From: Flaccisagitta enflata
Lineage: Eukaryota
Assembly (NCBI GenBank): GCA_965153355.1
Contig: OZ231126.1
Span: forward strand, 23,746,001 to 23,810,000
Reading direction: 5' to 3'
DNA length: 64,000 bases
Position 1 is the stretch's first letter. The number at the start of each line of letters is the position of its first letter. The notes beneath the pieces are model-generated. The model did not search any database. It saw only the letters and a list, made by a program, of their open reading frames with translations, and was not told where the DNA came from. The position numbers and the translations under genes were made by a program. This document shows positions 25,731 to 38,915 of this stretch, in pieces.

Positions 25731-26741
25731 TCCTACAACATCGTTGTGAGGGGAGCATGGATAACCAACCATGGGTAACTTCGGGCAAGAAGGGTAAATG
25801 CCGTCTAGGAGTGATATACGGAGCTGGCACCGCAGAGGAAGAGTGGATATGAGTGATAGGTTGGGGCGAGTGCAGCCAGCTCAGCCCGGGTGTTTTTTGG
25901 AATGTCGGTCGCGTGCGAAAAAGAAAAAAAGAGGCTAGGAAAAAAAGAGGCTAGGAATTCTAGGCAGGGTAAGGGTAAAGTAGCGCTCGTTGAGAGAGTA
26001 GCAAGGGGTGGTGATTAAAAGCGGCAGCAGTAGCGCTCGGTGAGAGAATAGCAAAGGGTGGTAAGAAAAAGCGGAAGTGGTATCGCTCGGTGAAAGAAAA
26101 GCAAGGGATGTTAATCTTAAGGTGATTACAACGGGATAGACTGATGGATTGGTGGGCATGTGAAATACATTGATTGTAAAAGTTTGATGGGGGAATACCA
26201 CAGAGTTTGTATTAATGATCTGCATCGGGCAGACGAACAAAGCGAGTGAAAAAGAAAGCACTGTGATAGAACATGTTATTAAACAAAAAAAAATTACAGA
26301 TTCCAAGCAGGAAGTTACAGAAAAGAGAGTCGATGAATGAAAAGATAAAAGAGATGAGGAAGGAGGGTAAGTGGTAAATGTCATAAGTGGCAAAGACTCT
26401 CAGAAAACGATTTTACTTCTGTCGTTGCGTTTCCCTTTTTTTTTCTTCCAAACTTTTCGTGGCTTTCGGAAGAAAAAGCCAGGAAGTCGCCATCTTATGG
26501 CATTCCTTCTTCTTTTTTTTTCTTGTTTCATCCTTCTTTCATCCTTGTTGCCTCCTCTCTGCATTTCCGCTTCGTCGAAGAGCTTCGTCAAAAACGCGTG
26601 AATTACGACTTTTCCAGGCTTTTGGAGGATTTGTTAAAAACTCGTAAAAGTCATCGGAATCAATGTCCTTCTCAAGAGAGACTCAAAAATCGTCAAGTCG
26701 TTAAAAAAAGAAAAAAGACTGACGGGTTTTCACCATCTTAC

Positions 26742-26814
26742 TTCGACTGATTGCCTTCCAAAAAACGCTTTGGTGACGAGTTTCTGCTTCGTCTGTCTCG
26801 TCTGCTCGACTCAT
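26742..26814 (-). CDS. Candidate first coding exon (MSRADETDEAETRHQSVFWKAISR)
   Basis: AAAATG start context, open frame, GTAAGA donor at 26741; no downstream exon could be joined confidently. Confidence 0.3.
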
Positions 26815-26872
26815 TTTTACTGTTCCTTCTTTTTCTTGTTGTTGTTGTTGTTTTTGTTGTTGATGTTGTTGA

Positions 26873-26929
<57 letters not shown>

Positions 26930-26943
26930 AGTTGTAGTTGTAG

Positions 26944-26980
<37 letters not shown>

Positions 26981-27065
26981 AGTTGGTAATGTTGTTGTTG
27001 TTTTTTGTTTTGTTTTTGTTGTTGGTGTTGTTGTTTTTGTGAATATTGCTTTTTTTTTTTTGCTT

Positions 27066-27662
27066 TTTGTGCAGCGGCCCCAAAGGGCCGATGTCCTGTA
27101 GGACACAGGGGTGAATTTCCAGACGTCCATCCGTCTGTCCGTCTGTCCGTCCGTCCGTCCGTCCGTCCGTCCGTCCGTCCGTCCGTCCGTCCGTCCGTCC
27201 GTCCTTCCGTCCGTCCGTCCGTCCGTCCGTCCGTCCGTCCGTCCGTCCATCCGTTTGCCCCCCCCCAAAGCTTCTCAAGCCTCAAATTCCCATTGAATAA
27301 CATGGGAAATTGACAAAAAACAAACTTCCCATTGAATAACATAGAAAATTAACAAAATTGCATGATTCCCACTGAATAACATAAAAAATAATAAAAATTG
27401 AGAAAAATGTAAAATTCCTATTGAATAAAATGGTAAAGTGACAAGAAATTGAAAAAATGCAAAATTCCTATTGAATAACATGGAAAGTTGCTACCAAGGC
27501 CTCAAATATGCCCTCTCAGGACGTCTAGAAATTCACCCCTGTGTCCCACAGGACATTGGCCCTTTGGGGCTGCTGCACTGCTCTCACTCCAATTCTTCAG
27601 CTAATTACTCCAAGCAGGGTATCGGGTACCGCTGACAATGTGCGATCCTTGGATGACTTGTT
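27066..27662 (+). mobile_element. HINE family 2b copy with (GTCC)n and ~33-bp internal repeats (ttcccattgaataacatgg core)
   Basis: gcagcggccccaaagggccgatgtcctgtaggacacagggg 5' end, its inverted copy at ~27530-27575, then gggtaccgctgac and an atccttggat stem-loop at the 3' end. Confidence 0.8.
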
Positions 27663-27903
27663 CTGTTTTTTCTCCCTGTTCTTCCTTTCGCGCGTCTTAC
27701 CCCATCCCCTTCTCCTTCTTCCCATAGTCTTTTCGTGCTTTTCATTTGCCACCAGCATGTTGGCCCCTGCTGAACTTTTGCTGCTCTTTTGTTGCTTTTT
27801 TGTCGTTTTTATTTCGCGTCTTCGAAGACTCGCGAAAGGTGGCGGAAGAAGCGCAAAGCGAAGGCCGGCGACACTTAAAGGAAGACGTAAAACTCGGAGA
27901 GTG

Positions 27904-28055
<152 letters not shown>

Positions 28056-28303
28056 AATACATTTTCTTTACATAAGCTGATAAAACTCATGGTGATCGTT
28101 CATTAAACATCATTATTCATTGCTTCTGAACGTGGGCGCCACAGATCTTCCTAATCCGAAGGGCGTCCAATGTAGGTGATGAACATTCAAGATTGTCAAA
28201 ATGAAGAGGTAAACGGATTCACCATCTTTGCAAAATTAACAAAGGCCAAATTGGCAATTCCAAACAAGTTTTAAAGCTTGTCATGGTTAAATCAGTGTTG
28301 TAG

Positions 28304-28399
<96 letters not shown>

Positions 28400-28468
28400 G
28401 AACAAGAAGGAAAGAATGAAAGAAAGAAAGAAGAGGAGAGAGAAAGAGAGAAATAAAGAAAGAGGGAG

Positions 28469-28571
<103 letters not shown>

Positions 28572-29142
28572 AAACTAGTCATCCAAGGATCGCACATGGT
28601 CAGCGGTACCCGATGCCCTGCTTGGAGTGATTAGCTGAAGAATTGGAGTGAGAGCAGGGCAGCGGCCCTAAAGGGCTGATGTCCTGTAGGACACAAGGGT
28701 GAATTTCCAGACCTCCTGGGAAGGCAAATTTGTGACCTTTGGGGCTAATTCTCTTGTTATTCAATGAAAACATGGATTTTTTTCCCATTTCATTGTCAAT
28801 GTTCCATGTTATTCAATCTGAATTTTGCATTTATTTCAAAATTTTGTAAACTATCCATGTTATTCAATAGGGATTTCCCATATCTTTGACTTCTAGAAAA
28901 TTTTCCATGTTATTTCATGGGAATTTCATATTTTTTCATTTCTTTATCAATTTTCCATGTTATTCAATGGGAATTTTGCCTTTCTTCAATTTTCCATGTT
29001 ATTCAATGGGAACATGAGGCTCAGAAGCTTTGGCGGGGGGGGGACGGACGTATGGACGTATGTACGGACGGACGGACGGACGTCTGGAAATTCACCCCTG
29101 TGTCCTACAGGACATCGGCCCTTTGGGGCCGCTGCCCAAAAA
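28572..29142 (-). mobile_element. HINE family 2b copy, inverted relative to 27066-27662
   Basis: Reverse complement of the same termini and internal ccatgttattcaatgggaa repeats. Confidence 0.8.
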
Positions 29143-29180
29143 GCAAGAAAGAGAGAAAGAGAGAAAGAGGGAAAGAGGGA

Positions 29181-29232
<52 letters not shown>

Positions 29233-29426
29233 AAAAAAGAAAGAAAGAAAGAAAGAAAAATAGAAAAAAAGGAAAAAAGGAAAAAATGATAAAATAAAAC
29301 AAGAGAAAAAGAGAAAAAGAGAAAAAGAAAAAAAGAAAAAAAGAAAAAAGGAAAAAAAGAGAAAAAGAAAAAAAGAAAAAAAGAAAAAAAGAAAAGAAGA
29401 AAAGAAGAAAACGAAGAAAAGAAGAA

Positions 29427-29502
<76 letters not shown>

Positions 29503-30636
29503 GAGAAAGAAAGAAAGAAAGAGAGACGGATAGAAAGTAGAGCGAGATAGAGGTGAGAGTATGACCCAAGCGTTAATCCCGTTGATGGCGATGGACATGT
29601 TGACGCGCCGAAGGGAAAACAGATTGCGTCTCCTTGGAGACTCGTTTCATGAGGAAAAGTAGGGTTTCTGGTTCTTGGTGTAGGGAGTGAATGAACATCC
29701 GATGGATGTATAGATAATGGACTTGTATTAAATGGATGGTCGAATGATGCGGTTGATGGTCGGATGGTTTGGATGGATGGATGTGTGAATGAACGGATGC
29801 ACATATGGAACATTGGCAAAGTGGAGTGGTCGGTTTAGCATCTGGAAAAAAGCACTGTACATTTTTTCTATAATTTATAATTTCATTAGGAAACCTTACA
29901 ATCAATTGACTTACATAGTAAATTGATGATATTAATGAAAAGTTTTCCTGATGATTGCAGATCTCGTATCTTTACCACAATTATGTTTATTAAAAAAAAA
30001 TGCAAAAATTTGAATTAACCCAAACGTACAGTGTTTTTGTTCAGATCGAATATCACATCCGCCATAGAGGCTTTTAAGCATAGAATGTTAGGGAAAGAGA
30101 TCTGTAACACCTGCGCACGAATAATAGCAACTTCTTAAGATTGTCAAACCCAAATGATAAGAAATGATAAAAATTTGTTTTCACTATCAGTCGCTACTTT
30201 AGAAATGCTTCATTTTGCTCGTGAAAGAGATCCTTTTGAATGAAATCTTCAGGAGGCATTTGAAGGGACCGACTTATTTTATGCCTTCAAGGTGGGATGC
30301 CTTATTGTCGAGTACGACGTTCTCCATGATTTATATTGATAAATGATTATTTCTTTTAGTCTGTACTTGTTAAATTTATGAAACAGTTTATTCGTTAGCA
30401 AGAAGTTAGCAACAGTACATACAGCATTTCAAACCCACTAAACTACGAATTCAATTGAGCTTCTACAGTACGATGAAAGCAATGAGCCCCTCAGAAAGAG
30501 GGTCATTTCCTGCTTCTACACTTAAACAAAGAAGCTCAAGCAATGGTTTTTCTGAAAGCTGATGGGCCAGAGCGTTGCGTGAATGTAGTTACGATGCTCT
30601 AGCTGTAACTGTTGACCATAAAGAAAAAAAGACTAT

Positions 30637-30720
30637 CATCTACCCGGTTTCGAACCTGCGCCTTGGGAAAGAAAATCTAATTCCAAGTTCAGCACGTTAG
30701 CAATAAAGCTATCACGCCAC
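30637..30720 (-). promoter_or_regulatory. tRNA-derived Pol III promoter-like module in the left TIR
   Basis: Minus strand: TAGCTTTATTGCTAA (A-box-like) ... GGTTCGAAAC (B-box); no intact cloverleaf. Confidence 0.55.
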
Positions 30721-31378
30721 AGGCAACAATTTGTGACATGTCGTCGGTTTTAATTTAACTTGGTTCGCACGGCTGAGCTCTCAGATGTCACTGCGCAAAT
30801 TAGTTTCGTTCGGTCAGTTTCCTTGAAGATTTTACTCCGGACATATTTTCCTTCATAAAATGGCTTAAAATCATCGTAGAAACTTTGTTAAAAAAAGGAA
30901 TTTAAGAGTTTCCACGGACTTTCGAATGGTGCTGGTTATATGAAATATATTAGACTTTTAAACGACCAAAACATACATTATATTTACATAGAATAAAAAG
31001 GAAGCAAAAAAGAGTACACTGGAAAAAGCTGGCATGTACGGCTACCTTAGTTGCATTCCCATCTTTCGTAATTACCGAATACCCAACAGTTCAAAAGGAG
31101 GGGGAGAAGGAGGAGGTGAAGAAGGTGTGGGGGGTTAAGGACTGAGAAAGAAGAGGTTATAATTATGACATAGTAAGAGGGAAATCAAACAGAAAAATTG
31201 ACCTGGGAAAAAGGAGCATGGAACCGCCGTAGCAATGTTGCATTGAAATATACAGGATTGTCATTTAATTCGGTTTGCGCAGCTAAGCTCTCAAGAGTCG
31301 GTGCGCAAATTCATTTGGTTTGATCGACTTCGGCGAAGCTATTATTCTCAAGATCCGGCATAGGGTAATAGTCCTTTT

Positions 31379-32168
31379 CTCAGTGGCCAACACTGAATTC
31401 GGCCAAGTTACCAGCTTGACCTCTCCAGGTTACCAGATAGTTACCAGATTTTTTTCGCAAGTTACCGAATTAGTTACTAGATCTTAATATCTATATTAGG
31501 TTACTACAATCATGTTGGATGATCAATCTAATGTACATATGAGCTTCACATATCAAGGAGCTAGACACCAAAATGTGTTATAGTAAAGTTACATTACAAA
31601 ATCTTTGATGGGGCACTAAGTTCTTCACCTTTTTGGCAGTCATGCTCCATTAGCGGGTATGCTCTAACAATGATCCCCATATTTGGTAATCATTACCACC
31701 AAAACCCGGCTTTTTGTTTTTAAAGTGTTTTAAAAAAAGTGATGAGTTAAGGTTTGGGGTAGAGATAAAGCTGGGGAAAGGGTTTGTTTTTGAAGTTTCA
31801 TAAGAGTTCTTCTTTTGCAGCATTTAAAAAATCGCAATCTTATATAATAACAAGCGCTACAAAGTGCAAAAGTCGCAAATGGTAGGGCAGAAGCAATAAC
31901 ACAACTAATATAGACACTCAATACTCATAATTCAGACTGACTTAAAACCCATAAAAAGGACAGAAGAAAACCAGTAATTTAAAGAGGTTAGATGGACTGA
32001 TGGACAAATCAATAAGTTGATTGACAGATGCAACCAGCATAGCAATGTGTAAAACTTATCCACAACTAAAAACCGCCAATGGTTCCAACTTCAATTTCCA
32101 ATTCTTTTGGGTGAAATGAAAACAGCAATTTGTCTGAGTAAGAGTAAGAGAGGAACACAGAGAGTAAC

Positions 32169-32258
<90 letters not shown>

Positions 32259-32512
32259 GTCTTAGTGACATATGCATGGTGAATGATAAGACACTCATTA
32301 TGAATGATTCATGTAAAAAATTTTGATTTTTTTCTTCAAATCATCAAAAAAATTACCAAAATTACCAAATTTTTCTCCCAGGTTACCAATGTGTAAAACT
32401 TATCCACAACTAAAAACCGCCAATGGTTCCAACTTCAATTTCTAATTCTTTTGGGTGAAATGAAAACAGCAATTTGTCTGAGTAAGAGTAAGAGAGGAAC
32501 ACAGAGAGTAAC

Positions 32513-32588
<76 letters not shown>

Positions 32589-32855
32589 AGAGAGTATGTC
32601 TTAGTGACATATGCATGGTGAATGATAAGACACTCATTATGAATGATTCATGTAAAAAATTTTGATTTTTTTCTTCAAATCATCAAAAAAATTACCAAAA
32701 TTACCAAATTTTTCTCCCAGGTTACCAAAGTTACCAGATGAAATTCCAATAAGTTACCAAACAGGTTACTAAGTTACCAGATGCCTTCCCAGGTTACTAG
32801 GGGACCCTCCCAGGTTACCAGATCTGGTAACCTAGTTACCAACTTGGCCACTGAG
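31379..32855. mobile_element. Non-autonomous TIR element with an 8-bp TSD (hAT/P-like), nested in the 4-kb element
   Basis: TSD GTCCTTTT (31371-31378, 32856-32863); 12-bp TIR CTCAGTGGCCAA; many subterminal GTTACCAG motifs. Confidence 0.9.
32043..32728. repeat. ~344-bp tandem duplication containing a (GA)n tract
   Basis: caatgtgtaaaacttatccac at 32043 and 32387; the copies differ mainly in the GA tract. Confidence 0.92.
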
Positions 32856-34265
32856 GTCCTTTTACGTAGCATAATCAAATCTTTGAGACAAGCGCAGCGC
32901 ATGTTGTCAGTGGACACTGATTCCTGACTACAAAACTCGTCTGGTCAGCTAAAAACGAAGAGGAGAGCAAGGCAGCTGTAGCGATGCGGCCTCAGACCGA
33001 AGCAGCAGCAGCAGCGTGAAACCAAAGCTTCGGCGCAGCTTGTAATTGTAAGCAGCAGTCAAGCCCAAGGTACGAGGAGCGCAGGGGAAAAAAGTGGAGA
33101 TAGTCCGTCAGCAAATTATGGGATGTACACGATTGGGAGATGAATGATATTCTTTAATAGTCTAATATGAATATTTATAAATATATAAAAATAATTGTTG
33201 AATAATTTTATTTATGAATTGTGAAAAAATGTTTGTCCTCATTCATGAACATTTATTGTTGTTATTCAACAATATTTGTAATTTTTTGTAATTTTTATAT
33301 CAATAATTTTCAATTATGAAATTTTTTCAAGAAAAAATATTTGTTTTATAAAAGTTTTTTTTTTATATAAGTTTTTCATCAAAATTTATATTAACAAATT
33401 TTTTGCCAATATAAAATTTTTCAAAAAATCCTATTATAAATATAAAATCTTTTCATAGAACAAAATTTTATTAATTCTTGCATTGTGATAAATTTCTTTT
33501 TTACTGTATTCTCTATATTTGAAGTAGATAATTAAAATTATACGTATTTCATAAAAACACTAAAATCAATGTTTTATTACATTACTTATCAAAATAATTA
33601 TAAAAATTGTTAATTTTAGTGTACATAAACAAGCCTTTTTTAAGTTTTTAAAACTATAATGATTGCTTGATCACTGTGTTTATATATTTGTCAATAGTCA
33701 ATTAAAACATTGAACATATAATAATGTTTATTCTCCGTTCATGAACATTCCTAAATTCGGTGACGTACTACCTCACACCTGTTAAGAAAAACACTTCCTG
33801 CCTGCATGTTTTCTTTATATACCTATCAATATGCGTATCCATGGTTAGAAAAATGTCGGATATTTATTACTTTTAGTAAGAAAATTTGTTTAAAAAAGTA
33901 GGTTCCCGATAGGAATCCTTGGTAAAGATTTCAATGTGAATGACGTGTTGCGACGAAGGGATTTGAATATTTCCAGCGTTTTTTTTAGTTTGTCTTTGAA
34001 CCGCTCCTGTCCTTGCGGTGCATGTGTGATTGACATGAAACCAGCACTATTCGATAGATCTTTAAAAATCCTTTAATTCCTTTTTTTTTTTAAAGTTTCT
34101 ACGATAATTTTAAGCTATTTTATGAGACAAAACATACAGGAGGTAAAATCTTCGGCTGAGCTAAACGAACGAAACGAACTTTCGCGTTCATTCAAGTACA
34201 AGTTGAGACGCGCTAAGTCAATTAAAAATAGAACAAAACAAACGATTGGCGCCTTCTCACTATCC

Positions 34266-34350
34266 GCGGCGCGGTAGCTTTATTGCTAGCGCGTGGGACT
34301 TGAGATGAGAATTTTCTCTTCTAAGTAGCGGGTTCGAATCTGGACAGGCG
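34266..34350 (+). promoter_or_regulatory. tRNA-derived Pol III promoter-like module in the right TIR
   Basis: TAGCTTTATTGCTAG at 34275 and GGTTCGAATC at 34331-34340. Confidence 0.55.
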
Positions 34351-35363
34351 ATGGACTTTTTTCTTTTTGGTCAACAGTTACAGCTAGAGTCATATAACTA
34401 TATTCACGCAATGCTCTGGCCCATCAGCTTTCAAGAAAACCATCGGTCGAGCTACTTCATTCAAATGCGGAAGCAGGAAATGACCCTCTTTCTGAGGAGC
34501 TCATTGCTCCCATCGTACTGTAGATGTTTTACAATAGGATTTCCATGTGGGAGTAAAACTGTTGCTAAAGCTTTAGCTAGAGCGTCACGGACCGACCAAC
34601 GGACCGTGGACTGACAAAAGCGCGGGAAAATTCAGTCCCTGTAAACGCGGGAATCAAAGCAGGAAACTTTCCATCTTCATGAAATCCGCAAGTGAAACAA
34701 AACTGAGATGCGTGACATGTTTTGTTAGCATCACATTGAAAAGCTCATTTGCATAATACAATGTAAAATATAACACTCTCAGAAAATCCCGATTTTGAAA
34801 ATAGCAAGCTCAACATTTACTAAGAATAATAGTTTTCTTTAAGACTTGTGCGCAATAGGAACAAATGAACACTTTAGTAAGTTTACGTAAGAGACTTACG
34901 CGTTGTAAGGTCGCGAGTTATTACAGTCGATCTTTTTTAAAGAGGTATGCGAAACTCACATCCAGAAACGGAAATAAAGCGGAAAAATATTATGTCAAGG
35001 TGTGAGTGCGCCATCGAGTGAGCTTTAGCGGTTGCAACTGCCAGCTTGCGTGGCTGCGTCGAGCAGTGACCATAAGGTCAGGTATTGCCGTTTCAGTCCC
35101 TTGATATGCGATTCTATGGAAGGCGCGTAACATTGAGTGACCCAAAATCTGCCAAAAAGAGTGATTTATGGTTGCAAAAGCCCCTGCCTACCCACGATAG
35201 AGCCCCCGCCCACTCATGTTATTGTCCCTGCCCCTGTCCACCCACAAGCGACTACTTAAAGACCGTGTATCCGGCCTTGGTATCTCCAAATTGAGCCAAC
35301 CGTGATTGCTGCCCACTTGCTTGTATGCCCGCTCGTCTCAGCTTCTATCTCTAAATTTCTAGG

Positions 35364-35582
<219 letters not shown>

Positions 35583-36316
35583 GCCTTCCGTTTAGCCTTT
35601 TTTTTCTCGCCACGTGGAGAAGCGAGTTTACGATTTTCGAGTGACTTTTTTATGGACTAATTGCGACGTTTTTATTCGACTGTTATTTGCCTCAAAGGAG
35701 GAGTAAAACTCAGAGGACAGACTCAACTTACGCTTCTTTACAAGTTATTGACTAATTAACGGTGGTTAACGGATTTCTCGCTTTCTCGCTTTTCGTTCTT
35801 TGGCTGAACCAAGTCTCCCTGTCTCTCTCTTTCTCTTTCTCTTTCTCTTTCTCCTTCCCTGTCTCTGTCTCTTTCTCTTTCTCTTTCTTTTTCTCTTTCT
35901 CTGTCTCTGTCTCTGTCTCTGTCTCTTTTTAAGTCTTTGGTGGAAAAGGATTGTTGTGGGAAGAATAAGGCAAGATGAGTGACATTGAGTGTGGAAACTT
36001 TCTAGATGGTGATCTCTCTCTCTCTCTCTGCTTTGAGAGTCTTTAAATTCTAGATTTCAAGGGGTGAAAGTTTTGGGCTCGCCTAGATAGCTCGATAGCG
36101 TGAATTCCTTATGGGATCAAAGATCAGAGTTACTCTTTGCTCCACCCCCTCCGATCCATCCTTTTCACCCCCACTCCCAACCCCACCCACCTTTTCACTT
36201 TTTTCATTGTTATAAAATACAATGACTCTTATCTTTTATAGGCAAAGTCGGTTGAGGAGGATCTGAAGGTCGAGAATGTGCGAAAATGTGAGGAAAATGC
36301 GTTTTTGTCGATGTCG

Positions 36317-36414
<98 letters not shown>

Positions 36415-36465
36415 GCTTGTTTTTGTTTCTGTTATTGTTGTTGTTTTTGGTTGTTGTTGTCGTCG

Positions 36466-36554
<89 letters not shown>

Positions 36555-37298
36555 GCTATCATTATTGTACCATTCAAAAGTCCCGCGCGTCCGGTTCGTC
36601 GGTCGGTCGTTTTATTCAATTCATCACGAATTCATCTGCCTCACCAATACGTGAAGCTGTCAGCCATTTTGGCCCTACTTTTAGCTTCCTTTCTTACGTT
36701 TTATCGTGATAGATATCCTTCGTTTCGTCTTTAGTTGCGTACAACGCGACTGTGTACACTTTTCAGTCAGTCTGTTGGTTCATCCATTACATTGGACAGT
36801 CTGACACATTTTTTGACATTTGTTTCGCTGCTCATGAAACGCCCTCAAGTGCCTGATAGGAGCAACTTTTTCGCGCAGGTCTAAGGATTTTACAAAAACA
36901 AAACAAAAAAAAATCCCTCGCCTGAACTCTACCATCTTCTACCTTGTCAATCTCCAGTTTGTTTGCAGCTGCAGACTGCATGTAGTTGTTTGTTCAGTTT
37001 CCACGAAAGAAGTTTGGCAGGTGTGATGAGACGCTCAAGGGCTTATACAGGCTATGACTTAAAAAAAAAACACGTTTTATGCTTGTCGATTTATCTTTTT
37101 TGTATTTTCAGGCTTTATAAGTTCTTGTGTTCGTGAACGACCTTTCTTTTTATTTGGCACATGTACGTGTGCATCTTCTCTTTCCATCTATCTCTGTCTC
37201 TGGCTATCTCTGAGTTCTGTTTGTTTTTGTCTCTGTCTTTCTGTCTGTCCGTCCGTCCGTCCGTCCGTCCGTCCGTCCGTCCGTCCGTCCGTCCATCC

Positions 37299-37340
<42 letters not shown>

Positions 37341-38074
37341 GCGTCAAACATCAGCCCCGACGGACACGGACGCGCACACATGTACACGTAAACGCAAAAA
37401 ACGCGCGCACGTAAATGTAAGCACGCACGCTCACTCGAACGCACGCATGCAGGCACATGAACGTGGAACACGCCGGAGGCGCACACGGCAATGTAAGCTG
37501 TCACTCGCATGTACGCACGCACGCACGCTCACTCGCACGCACGCAGGCACGTGAACGTGGAACACGCAGGAGGCCTTCGCGCGGAATTCTCCTGTGATAT
37601 TTTGACCTCGCGCGCGCAGAAAACGACTTCTCATCGTTTTCCATTCCGACAAAAACCGGCAACCGACGGCAAAGAAAAAGAAAAAGAAGACAGAGGAATA
37701 AAGGAGAGAGGGTGAGGAGGGAATGTGAGGGTGTGAGGGGGTTTGGGTGTGTGGGCGACTGACGGCAAAGAAAAAGAAAAAGAAGACAGAGGAATAAAGG
37801 AGAGAGGGTGAGGAGGGAATATGTGGCTGTGGGGGGCTTTGGGAGTGTGGGCGACATACGGCAAAGAAAAAGAAAAAGAAGACAGAGGAATAAAGGAGAG
37901 AGGGTGAGGAGGGAATGTGAGGCTGCGAGGGGGTTTGGGTATGTGGAGACCAAATGCAAAGAAAAAGAAAAAGAAGACAGAGGAATAAAGGAGAGAGGGT
38001 GGGGAGGCAATATGAGGGTGTGAGGGGGTTTGGGAGTGTGGGCGACTGACGGCAAAGAGAAGAAGACAGAGAAA

Positions 38075-38370
38075 TAGCCCATATCTCAGCCTCGAGGCCC
38101 ATATCCCAGCCTCAAGGCCCAAATCCCAGTATTGAGGCCCAAATCCCAGTTTTGAGGCCCAAATCCCTTGAGGCTGAAATAAGGGCCTTGGGGTTGGGAT
38201 TTGGGCCTCAAGACTGGGATTTGGGCCTCATGGCTGGGATATAGGCCTCGAGGTTGAGATACAGGCCTCAAGGCTTGGGGGAGGGGGGGTACAAAGAAGG
38301 AGGAGGAGGAGAAAATTCCCCATATGTGTGAAAGCATAGGTCATCGACCCCTTTTAGGGCCGCTGCCCAA
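38075..38370 (-). mobile_element. Partial HINE family 2 copy with an internally inverted 20-bp array
   Basis: agcataggtcatcgaccccttttagggccgctgccca end; 20-bp units occur in both orientations. Confidence 0.75.
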
Positions 38371-38587
38371 TAAAGGAGAGAGGGTGAGGAGGGAATGTGA
38401 GGGTGTGAGGGGGTTTGGGTGTGTGGGCGACTGACGGCAAAGCAGAAGAAAAAGAAAAAGAAAAAGAAAAAGAAAAAGAAGAAGAAGAAGACAGGGAGGA
38501 ATAGAGGACAGGGGAGAGAGGAGTGAGGAGGGAGTGCTAGGGGATTCGGGTGTGTGGGGCTGTGGGCGACCAACTGCAAAGAAAGAA

Positions 38588-38915
38588 ATAGTCGCAAAAG
38601 CAATAGATGGTCAGCAGTACCAATGTCTAGGTTAGTGAATGTTAATAGAGAAGGAGAGAGAGAAATTTCCCCCATATGTAAAAACAAGTAGGTCATCGGC
38701 TCCTTCAGGGCCGCTGCCCAAAACAAGGCCGAATACACGGCGACCCCAGATGCGCGCGGGTGGGCAGGGGCTTTTTTTGAGGTCGCTTGATCATTTGGGC
38801 AGGAGCAGTGAGCAAAAGACCGCAAAAAAAAAAAAGTAAAGTGTGATAGATGGACGCACCGACGGTTGGACCGACAAAGCAGGGTATAAAGTCGTATAGC
38901 AAGCGACTTAAAAAA
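38588..38915 (-). mobile_element. Abutting internally deleted HINE2 (38588-38720) and HINE1 (38721-38915)
   Basis: Junction ...gggccgctgccc-aaaa-caaggccgaatacacggc... Confidence 0.78.

Larger units (their letters stand above)
30466..34520. mobile_element. 4-kb Tc1/mariner-type non-autonomous element with ~480-bp diverged TIRs
   Basis: TA|CAGTACGATG...CATCGTACTG|TA; 30466-~30945 aligns by eye as the reverse complement of ~34030-34520; no transposase ORF inside. Confidence 0.8.

Noticed and set aside
30950..34030. Transposase gene inside the 4-kb TIR element
   Set aside because: No long ORF or DDE-like motif; the interior is a nested element and AT-rich DNA.
34266..34350. Functional tRNA gene (and its counterpart at 30637-30720)
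   Set aside because: Acceptor and anticodon stems do not pair, and the module lies inside a repeat arm.
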